21,854 bases of DNA, from assembly GCA_043804695.1 (NCBI GenBank), contig JAZDIV010000120.1:1-21854 (forward strand), written 5' to 3'. The notes beneath the pieces are model-generated. The model saw nothing but the letters and a program-made list of their open reading frames with translations, had not been told where the DNA came from and ran no database searches. The first letter of the stretch is position 1, and each line of letters begins with the position of its first letter. Positions 9,009-15,988 of this stretch are shown one piece after another. The position numbers were made by a program, and so were the translations under genes. The stretch comes from PVC group bacterium. Its GTDB lineage: Bacteria > Auribacterota > Erginobacteria > Erginobacterales > Erginobacteraceae.

Positions 9009-9487
9009 TGAGGCACACAATATCGGTTCTGGTGGAGAATCAGTTCGGCGTCCTGGCTCGGGTGGCGGGGCTCTTCTCCGGCCGCGGCTTCAACATCACC
9101 AGTCTCGCGGTCGGGGAGACGATGGACCCGGCCATCTCCCGGATGACGATCGTTGTCGACGATCAGGGTTCGCCCCAGATCATGGAGCAGGTTGAGAAGC
9201 AGCTGAACAAGCTGATCAACGTGATCAAGATCCAGGATTTCACCGGCCTAGAATCGGTCGACCGCGAATTGATTCTGGCCAAGGTCAAGACGACGGCCCG
9301 AACCCGGTCGGAGATCCTGGAGATCGCGCAGATCTTTCGCGCCCGGGTGGTCGATGTCTCGGCTAACGCCGTCGTGCTGGAAGTTACCGGCACCGCCGAT
9401 AAGATCACGGCGATCCTCGAACTTTTGACCAGATACGGCGTTCAGGAACTGGTCCGGACCGGGAAAATCGCGATCGCCCGGAGCTAA
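9008..9487 (+). CDS. ilvN: Acetolactate synthase small (regulatory) subunit
   Basis: MRHTISVLVENQFGVLARVAGLFSGRGFNI, KQLNKLINV, ELVRTG; ACT domain; follows ilvB. Confidence 0.97.
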   Translation: MRHTISVLVENQFGVLARVAGLFSGRGFNITSLAVGETMDPAISRMTIVVDDQGSPQIMEQVEKQLNKLINVIKIQDFTGLESVDRELILAKVKTTARTRSEILEIAQIFRARVVDVSANAVVLEVTGTADKITAILELLTRYGVQELVRTGKIAIARS

Positions 9488-9572
9488 CCCGATTTATTCC
9501 TGCCTGCCAGCAGGCAGGAATAAATCGGGTTAATTTTGAACAATGCCCGAGATGGCGTGGATAGTGGTGTAA
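9485..9572 (+). repeat. Hairpin + TTTTGAACAATGCC module, copy 2, with nested CCTGCCTGC palindrome
   Basis: TAACCCGATTTATT-CCTGCCTGC-CA-GCAGGCAGG-AATAAATCGGGTTA (perfect 23-bp stem, 9485-9532), then TTTTGAACAATGCCCGAG. Confidence 0.8.
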
Positions 9573-9683
9573 TCATTTGTCCATTGTAGTATGCTCTGGT
9601 CCTGGCATCGGTTAATTTCAATCAATTGATTCAGTTTCAAAGTGGTATATTTATCGAGCAGGCTGGAGCCACCGGGAACGAAG

Positions 9684-10526
9684 ATGAACCAGGATAATAG
9701 AAGGGAAGTTACCCCCACCGACGAATCGAGGGATGCGATCGGGGAGGAGCTGTCTCCTCGGCGGCTGAAATCCGGGAAGACGATCCTGGTCGTCGAGGAC
9801 GAGCCCCTCAACCGGCAGGTGATCACCCGTTACTTCGGCCTCCTCGGCTACCGCGTCCTCCAGGCGGACCGGGGGGACGAGGGGCTCCGGCTGGCGCTGG
9901 AGGAGTCCCCCGACGCCATCATCCTGGACAACCAGCTCCCGGGGCTGGACGGGATTGATATTTGCCGGCGTCTCCGGGAGGAAAATCGCCAGACGCCGGT
10001 GATGCTGATGTCCGCCTATGACCTCCCTCTCGCCGAGCGCAAGCGGGCCCTCGACCTGGGGATCAGGGGGTTCCTGCGCAAGCCCTTCGCCTTCCAGCAC
10101 CTGAAAGCCGTGCTGCGTTTCACGATGAAGAAACCGCGTTTCGGCTTCAGGAGGTCGAAGCTCTATTACCGAAAACCCCATTTCTCCCTCACCTCCCGCA
10201 CTCTGGCCAATCAGGTCTTCCAGACCGTCTTCCGGGAAGGGCTGGACAGCGCCGGCCACGTGCACTTCCAGGTCAGGGGCCATCCCGATCACCTGATCCT
10301 CCTCTGCAGCCGGAAGGTTCTGGGCAAGGTGGTGGCGAAATCCCCCGTGTGCGGCCAGGGCGAGTGCATCCCCTGGGATCGCTCCTCTTTCTCCGGGTAC
10401 AGACAGGACCGGGTGCTGAAGGATCTCAGCCAGGAGATCAACCTGGTCCGGATCGACGCCGCCGATTACCAGATGTCCTGGCCGACCCTGGCCGATTTCA
10501 TCTGCTGGCTGGAGATGAGCTATTAA
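9684..10526 (+). CDS. Response regulator: receiver domain plus unrecognised C-terminal domain
   Basis: ILVVEDEP, IILDNQLPGLDG (phospho-Asp), LMSAY, FLRKPF. ATG 9684 preferred over GTG 9642. Confidence 0.85.
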   Translation: MNQDNRREVTPTDESRDAIGEELSPRRLKSGKTILVVEDEPLNRQVITRYFGLLGYRVLQADRGDEGLRLALEESPDAIILDNQLPGLDGIDICRRLREENRQTPVMLMSAYDLPLAERKRALDLGIRGFLRKPFAFQHLKAVLRFTMKKPRFGFRRSKLYYRKPHFSLTSRTLANQVFQTVFREGLDSAGHVHFQVRGHPDHLILLCSRKVLGKVVAKSPVCGQGECIPWDRSSFSGYRQDRVLKDLSQEINLVRIDAADYQMSWPTLADFICWLEMSY

Positions 10527-10548
10527 AATTTTTCTGCGAAAAATTTTA
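10524..10548 (+). promoter_or_regulatory. AT-rich hairpin between regulator stop and leuA start
   Basis: TAAAATTTTTC-TGC-GAAAAATTTTA, perfect 11-bp stem starting at stop TAA; ATG at 10551. Confidence 0.6.
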
Positions 10549-10550
10549 TT

Positions 10551-12065
10551 ATGACGAAAGACAGGATCATTATTTTTGATACGACACTCCGGGACGGGGA
10601 GCAGTCGCCGGGAGCGAGCCTGACCACGCGGGAGAAACTCCGGATCGCCCGGCAGCTGGTCAGGCTGGGGGTGGATGTCATCGAGGCGGGGTTCCCGATC
10701 GCTTCCGAGGGGGACTTCGAGGCGGTCAGCGCCGTCTCCCGTTCGCTGAAAGGGGTTACGGTGGCCGGTCTGGCCCGGTGCCTGAAAAAAGACATCGAGA
10801 CGGCGGCTCGAGCCCTGGAAAAGGCCGAGTCGCCCCGGATTCACACCTTTCTGGCCACTTCTAAAATCCACCGGGAGTTCAAGCTTAAAAAGGCCAAGGA
10901 AGAGATCATCCGGCAGGCGGTCCGTTCGATTAAACTGGCCCGCCGGTTCGTGGACGCGGTGGAGTTCTCGCCGGAGGATGCCGCCCGGACGGAGCTTCCT
11001 TTCCTGGCTGAGGTGGTGGAAGCGGTGATCGCGGCCGGTGCGGCCATTGTCAACATCCCCGACACCGTCGGCTACTCGACGCCGGACGAGTTCGGCCGGA
11101 TCATCCGCTACCTGAAGGAAGAGGTCCCCGACATCGGACGCGCCGTGATCAGCGTCCACTGCCACAACGACCTCGGGCTGGCGGTCGCCAACAGCCTCGC
11201 CGCGGTGCAGAACGGGGCCCGCCAGGTGGAGTGCTGCGTGAACGGGCTGGGGGAGCGGGCGGGCAACGCCTCCCTGGAGGAGATCGTGATGGCCCTCAGG
11301 GTGAGAGAGGACTTCTGGGGGGTCTCCACCGGGATCAACACCCGGCAGATTTACAAGACCAGCCGACTGGTCAGCCGCCTGACCGGGATTTCGGTTCAGC
11401 GAAATAAAGCCGTCGTGGGCGAAAACGCGTTCGCGCACGAAGCCGGCATTCACCAGGACGGCTTCCTGAAAGAGCGCACCACCTACGAGATCATGCGCCC
11501 GCAGGATGTGGGCGTCCCGAAAAGCCTCCTGATCCTGGGCAAGCACTCCGGGCGGCACGCCTTCAATGACAAGCTGAAAACGCTCGGCTACCAGCTTTCC
11601 GGGGAAGAGCTGGACCGGACGTTTGACAGGTTCAAGGCCCTGGCGGACAAGAAAAAGCATGTCTTTGACGATGATCTGGAAGCACTGGTCGATGAACAGC
11701 TCACCCGGCCGCCGGCGGTCTTCGTCCTGGAATACTTCCACGTGACCAGCGGCACCCGGACCGTCCCCACCGCCACGGTTTTGCTCAAGAAGGGGGACCA
11801 GGTATTCCAGGACGCCTCCTGCGGCGATGGCCCGGTGGACGCCGCCTGCCGGGCAATCGACCGCATCACCGGCGTCAGGAGCGAGATGCTCACCTATGAG
11901 CTCCGGGGGGTCACCGGGGGGAAAGACGCGCTGGGAGAAGTGGTGGTCAGTATTAAATCCGGGCGGCGGATCGTGAACGGGCGGGCCTCCTCCACCGACA
12001 TCATCGAGGCCAGCGTCAAGGCCTACCTCAACGCCGTCAACAAATTAGCCGCCCGGAAGAAATAG
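10551..12065 (+). CDS. leuA: 2-isopropylmalate synthase
   Basis: FDTTLRDGEQSPG, EAGFP, EFSPEDA, NIPDTVGY, HCHNDLGLAVAN, GERAGN, HEAGIHQDG, LGKHSGR, GDGPVDA regulatory domain. Confidence 0.96.
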   Translation: MTKDRIIIFDTTLRDGEQSPGASLTTREKLRIARQLVRLGVDVIEAGFPIASEGDFEAVSAVSRSLKGVTVAGLARCLKKDIETAARALEKAESPRIHTFLATSKIHREFKLKKAKEEIIRQAVRSIKLARRFVDAVEFSPEDAARTELPFLAEVVEAVIAAGAAIVNIPDTVGYSTPDEFGRIIRYLKEEVPDIGRAVISVHCHNDLGLAVANSLAAVQNGARQVECCVNGLGERAGNASLEEIVMALRVREDFWGVSTGINTRQIYKTSRLVSRLTGISVQRNKAVVGENAFAHEAGIHQDGFLKERTTYEIMRPQDVGVPKSLLILGKHSGRHAFNDKLKTLGYQLSGEELDRTFDRFKALADKKKHVFDDDLEALVDEQLTRPPAVFVLEYFHVTSGTRTVPTATVLLKKGDQVFQDASCGDGPVDAACRAIDRITGVRSEMLTYELRGVTGGKDALGEVVVSIKSGRRIVNGRASSTDIIEASVKAYLNAVNKLAARKK

Positions 12066-12081
12066 TTCCCCGTCATTTTTC

Positions 12082-12147
12082 ACCACGAAGTTACGAAGGG
12101 TACAATTGTCGATTCCATTTTCTTCGTAACTTCGTGGTCTTCGTGGT
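12082..12147. repeat. Inverted repeat of CACGAAG-type tandem units
   Basis: ACCACGAAGTTACGAAG (12082-12098) and its perfect reverse complement (12122-12138), plus an extra CTTCGTGGT. Related solo arm at 15812-15832. Confidence 0.85.
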
Positions 12148-12211
12148 ACTATAATCCCGTCACAGATAATGTGGTGCCGCTATCCATCTGTTTCGGAATT
12201 TCAAAACTATC

Positions 12212-12316
12212 TGTGGGAGGGGCTTCCAGCCCCGATTAAAGAGCAGTCAATTGTGGGAGAGGTTTTCAACCTCGATCCAGGGAAGCCGGGAATCGGGCTT
12301 AGAAAGCCCTCCCACA
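12212..12316. repeat. Cluster of three 25-nt REP-like units (REPIN-like)
   Basis: TGTGGGA + 6-bp stem / 3-nt loop + GAT at 12212-12236 (+), 12252-12276 (+) and 12292-12316 (-). Confidence 0.8.
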
Positions 12317-12332
12317 GTTGTGAAACTAATTT

Positions 12333-13235
12333 ATGAATATCGTACCCGACAGTTCCACTGTCCTGACCGGGTTGTTCGGCGACCCGGTGAGCCACTCCAT
12401 CTCTCCGCGGATCCACAACGCGGCCTTTGCCTCGGCCCGCCTGAACTGGCTCTACCTGGCCTTTCCCGTGCGGCCGGACGACCTGGAGGCCGCTTTCCGG
12501 GGTTTCCGGGTTCTGGGGGGGCGGGGGCTGAACATCACCATCCCCCACAAGCGGGCGGTCATCCCCTTTCTCGATGAACTGAGCGGGGAAGCCCGGCTGA
12601 TCGGCGCGGTCAACACGGTTCTCTTCCGCGCCGGCCGGGCTGCCGGGTATAACACCGACGGTCCCGGTTTCGCCCGGGCCCTGCGGGAGGATTCCGGTTT
12701 CTCCCTGGCCGGGAAGTCGGTCTGCCTGATTGGCGCCGGCGGCGCCGGGCGGGCGGCGGCGGTCCAGGCGGCGCTGGAAGGAGCCTCCCGGATCGAGATC
12801 GCCGACCTCTCTTTGGAGAGGGCGGGGGAGCTGAGCGGCTGGATCAATGAAAAAATTCGGTCCGGGATCGCCGGCGTTTTTGAAATAAAAAGCGGGGCCG
12901 GCGCCGAGATCATCGGCGGTTGTGACCTTCTGGTCGACGCGACACCGCTGGGATTGAAGCCGGGAGATCCGGTCAGCTTCGATCCTTCCCTGCTTTCCCC
13001 GGGGACCCTGGTGATGGACCTGGTCTATAACCCCCTGGAGACGCCGCTTCTGAAAGCGACCCGTAAACGGGGACTGAAAGGGATCAACGGTCTCGGCATG
13101 CTGGTTTATCAGGCCGCCGCCGCCTGGGAAATCTGGACGGGAAAGACGGCCCCGGTTGATGTGATGAAGGCCGCCGCCCGGGAAGCCTTATGTGGAAAGA
13201 AACAGACAAAAGATAGAATGACGAAATCCGAATGA
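12333..13235 (+). CDS. aroE: Shikimate dehydrogenase
   Basis: GDPVSHSISP, GLNITIPHK, GAVNT, NTDG, GAGGAGRA, DLVYNP, NGLGMLVYQA. Confidence 0.96.
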   Translation: MNIVPDSSTVLTGLFGDPVSHSISPRIHNAAFASARLNWLYLAFPVRPDDLEAAFRGFRVLGGRGLNITIPHKRAVIPFLDELSGEARLIGAVNTVLFRAGRAAGYNTDGPGFARALREDSGFSLAGKSVCLIGAGGAGRAAAVQAALEGASRIEIADLSLERAGELSGWINEKIRSGIAGVFEIKSGAGAEIIGGCDLLVDATPLGLKPGDPVSFDPSLLSPGTLVMDLVYNPLETPLLKATRKRGLKGINGLGMLVYQAAAAWEIWTGKTAPVDVMKAAAREALCGKKQTKDRMTKSE

Positions 13236-13735
13236 CGAATGACAAAGACCAAAATGAACAAGCCGCATGGTTATTCATCCAAACCTGAAAATGGCAAATA
13301 TGATCTGGTGTTTATTTTGGAAGAGAGTAATAAAAAATATGACCTTGAAGAACGTACTGCGAGATTTGGCGAGAATATTATTTAATTCGCTAAATTAATT
13401 CCCCGGGGTGTAATTACAATCCCGTTAATTAGGACAGCTGGTAAAAGCGGGAACGAGTGTGGGAGCGAATTATTGTGAAGCTGATGATGCGGAATCTAAG
13501 AAAGATTTTAGACATAAAAAAGGTATCTGCAAAAAGGAGTCCCGGGAGACCAGATTCTTCCTCAGGATGATTGTGAAAGCCGTTTCATCACTTGCGAAAG
13601 ATGCGGCCCCTCTCATTCAGGAAGCAAAGGAGTTGAATCTTATTTTTACCTCCATCAGGAGGAAGGTGTCCTGATTAGTTGGACATTTATTCATTAGTTA
13701 TTCATTAGGGTTTCGTCATTAGGATTTCGTCATTC
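13216..13735. mobile_element. Putative cassette: four-helix-bundle gene enclosed by inverted tandem-repeat arms
   Basis: GAATGACGAAATCCGAATGACGAA (13216-13239) vs reverse complement of 13712-13735 match at 23/24; interior is visibly AT-rich relative to neighbours. Mobility is inferred. Confidence 0.6.
13239..13674 (+). pseudogene. Four helix bundle protein (23S rRNA IVP / TIGR02436-like), disrupted
   Basis: Reconstructed KYDLEERTARFGENII*FAKLIP...PLI/GQLVKAGTSVGANYCEADDAESKKDFRHKKGICKKESRET...EAKELNLIF. In-frame TAA at 13383-13385 and +1 frameshift near 13431. Start uncertain (13239 or 13254). Confidence 0.85.
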
Positions 13736-13783
13736 GTTATTTTAGCTATCGTTCTCAGCTTAAATACTTTTCAGGTATGCAAA

Positions 13784-14590
13784 ATGGGTTCCGTCTTATT
13801 AATCATCTTCATTTTTCTCTTCGGGCTGGCGATCGGGAGCTTTGGCAACGTCTGCATCTACCGGCTGCCCCGGAAGAAGTCGATCGTGCTGCCCCGCTCC
13901 TTCTGCCCCGGGTGCGGGAAAACGATCGCCTGGTATGATAATATTCCGTTGCTCAGTTTTCTCATTCTGGGCGGGAAGTGCCGCAGCTGCGGCACCTCGA
14001 TATCCATCCGGTATCCCCTGGTGGAGCTGCTGATCGGTCTGCTGTTCGTCGCCGTCCATCTCTTCGTCCTCTCCCGGGGGGAGCGGCTGATCCTGATCCC
14101 GTTTTACTGGTACTTCTGCGTTTCCCTGGCCGTCCTGAGCGTGATTGACACAGAGCACTTCATCCTCCCCGACGTTCTTACCTACCCCCTGCTGGGTCTG
14201 GGATTTTTACTGGCGGTTCTCTATCCCGGCCACCTCGGTTCTCCGGCGGTCGGTCCGGCGCTCCTCCGGGCCCTGATCGGGGCGGCGGCCGGCGGCCTCA
14301 GCCTCTGGCTGATCGGAGTTCTGGGAAAGGCCGCCTTCCGGAAGGAAGCGATGGGGTCCGGCGACGTGAAGCTGATGGCGGCGGTCGGAGCCTGGCAGGG
14401 CTGGCAGATGGCGCTGCTGGCGATCTTCCTCGGTGCCCTGCTGGCCGCCGTCGCGGGGGTGGCCGCCATTATCAGGAAGAAGGCTCAATGGGGATCCCGG
14501 ATCCCCTTCGGCCCCTGCCTGGCGGCCGGCTCGCTCCTGACCCTCTTCTTCGGCCGAGAGATTCTTGTCTGGTATCTCCACTTTTATTAA
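13784..14590 (+). CDS. pilD: Prepilin peptidase (A24 family, PilD/ComC-like)
   Basis: GSFGNVCIYRLP, CPGC and CRSC zinc motifs, WYDNIP, YPLVEL, IDTEHFILPD, MGSGDVKL, IPFGP. Confidence 0.92.
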   Translation: MGSVLLIIFIFLFGLAIGSFGNVCIYRLPRKKSIVLPRSFCPGCGKTIAWYDNIPLLSFLILGGKCRSCGTSISIRYPLVELLIGLLFVAVHLFVLSRGERLILIPFYWYFCVSLAVLSVIDTEHFILPDVLTYPLLGLGFLLAVLYPGHLGSPAVGPALLRALIGAAAGGLSLWLIGVLGKAAFRKEAMGSGDVKLMAAVGAWQGWQMALLAIFLGALLAAVAGVAAIIRKKAQWGSRIPFGPCLAAGSLLTLFFGREILVWYLHFY

Positions 14591-14592
14591 TA

Positions 14593-14635
14593 TTTTGGAT
14601 TTATTTAGGATTTTGATATTAGGATTTAGGATTTC
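14593..14635. repeat. Degenerate heptamer tract (TAGGATT), solo right-arm-like
   Basis: TTTTGGATTTATTTAGGATTTTGATATTAGGATTTAGGATTTC just after the pilD stop; shares TTAGGATTTC with 13719-13728. Confidence 0.7.
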
Positions 14636-14700
14636 CTGCTCAAAAACCTTTTCGAACAGGGTCTATACTATTAAGCGATATTTTTAGGGAGGAAATGCTG

Positions 14701-15861
14701 ATGTTGCGATATTTAACAGCAGGTGAATCACATGGCCGGGGGCTGCTGGCGATCCTGGACGGCCTCCCCGCCGGATTGAAGATCGATCAGGGATTCATTG
14801 ACGCCGAGCTGAAGGCCCGGCAGGCGGGCTACGGCCGGGGGGAGCGGATGGAGATCGAAGCCGACCGGGCGGAGATCTGGTCCGGGGTCAGGGGCGGAGT
14901 CACCATCGGCTCCCCCCTCGGGTTGGTGATCAGGAACCGGGACTTCACGATCGAGGAGCTGCCGCCGGTGACCGCTCCCCGTCCCGGCCACGCCGACCTG
15001 GCCGGCGCCCGGAAGTACGGCCACCGGGACATCCGCAGTGTCCTGGAACGGGCGAGCGCCCGGGAGACGGCCGCCCGGGTGGCGCTGGGGGCGGCGGCGC
15101 AGTGCCTTTTGAAAGAGTTTGGCATCCAGATAGAGAGCTGGGTGATCGCCCTGGGCGGCATCTTCATCGGAGAAGTGAGCGAAGAGGAGCGGCGCCGGAA
15201 CCTTTCGACCTCCCTCCTCGCCTGTCCCGACCCGGCCGCCGAGCAGAAGATGATCGGGCTGATCGATCGCTCCCGGGAAGCGGGCGACACGCTGGGCGGC
15301 ATCTTCCGGGTGGAGATCTCCGGCGTCCCGGCCGGCCTCGGGAGCTACTCCCAGGGGGACACCCGGCTCGACTCCCGCCTGGCCGGAGCCCTGATGAGCA
15401 TCCCGGCGGTCAAGGGGGTGGAGATCGGGCCGGCCTTTGAGAATGCCCGCCGCCCGGGATCGGACGTCCACGACGCCATCATCTGCACCGAAGAGGGGAT
15501 CTGCCGCCCGAGCAACCGGGCCGGGGGTATCGAAGGCGGCGTCAGCAACGGGGAGACGATCGTCATCGAGGCCGCCATGAAACCCATCCCCACCCTGGGT
15601 AAGCCCCTGAAGACGGTCGACCTGCACACCGGGCAGCCGGCGTCCGCCGCCCGGGAGCGGTCCGATGTTTGCGCCCTGCCGGCCGCAGCGGCGGTGGGAC
15701 GGGCGATGGCGGCGCTGGAGCTGGCCGGGGCCTTTCTGGAGAAGTTCGGCGGCGACAGCCTGGAAGAGATCAGGAGAAACTACACCGGCTACCTGAATTC
15801 CCTGAATGTTCTTCATCACGAAGGACACGAAGAAATGACTAAATCCTCAGCCAGAGGCTGA
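14701..15861 (+). CDS. aroC: Chorismate synthase
   Basis: MLRYLTAGESHG, PRPGHADL, ERASARETA, GDTLGG, SIPAVKGVEIG, NRAGGIEGG, AMKPIPTL, ERSDVC. GGAGG at 14688-14692 favours ATG 14701 over 14695. Confidence 0.97.
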   Translation: MLRYLTAGESHGRGLLAILDGLPAGLKIDQGFIDAELKARQAGYGRGERMEIEADRAEIWSGVRGGVTIGSPLGLVIRNRDFTIEELPPVTAPRPGHADLAGARKYGHRDIRSVLERASARETAARVALGAAAQCLLKEFGIQIESWVIALGGIFIGEVSEEERRRNLSTSLLACPDPAAEQKMIGLIDRSREAGDTLGGIFRVEISGVPAGLGSYSQGDTRLDSRLAGALMSIPAVKGVEIGPAFENARRPGSDVHDAIICTEEGICRPSNRAGGIEGGVSNGETIVIEAAMKPIPTLGKPLKTVDLHTGQPASAARERSDVCALPAAAAVGRAMAALELAGAFLEKFGGDSLEEIRRNYTGYLNSLNVLHHEGHEEMTKSSARG

Positions 15862-15930
15862 TCCGCCTTTGGCGGAGAATGACGAAAGAATGACGAAACC
15901 CGAACGAGAAATGACGGAAGAATGACGAAT
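15812..15930. repeat. Composite repeat: CACGAAG arm + AATGACGAA arm with nested double hairpin
   Basis: CATCACGAAGGACACGAAG, then AATGACTAAATCC[TCAGCC-AGA-GGCTGA TCCGCC-TTT-GGCGGA]GAATGACGAA and three more AATGACG units. Confidence 0.85.
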
Positions 15931-15988
15931 TTAATTCTTCCCGAAGAGATGAGGATCAGGAATATGTCCTCTGGAATGGCATCAGAAG

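Noticed and set aside
7027..10548. CodY boxes (AATTTTCWGAAAATT) at ilv/leu genes
   Set aside because: The central spacer is 3-5 nt rather than 1, the sites lie at RBSs, and they also occur at thiL and tsaB.
12082..12316. CRISPR array
   Set aside because: Only 2-3 divergent units in mixed orientation, irregular spacing, and no cas genes.
13239..13674. Diversity-generating retroelement, suggested by the Avd-like fold
   Set aside because: No reverse transcriptase and no TR/VR repeat pair in the window.
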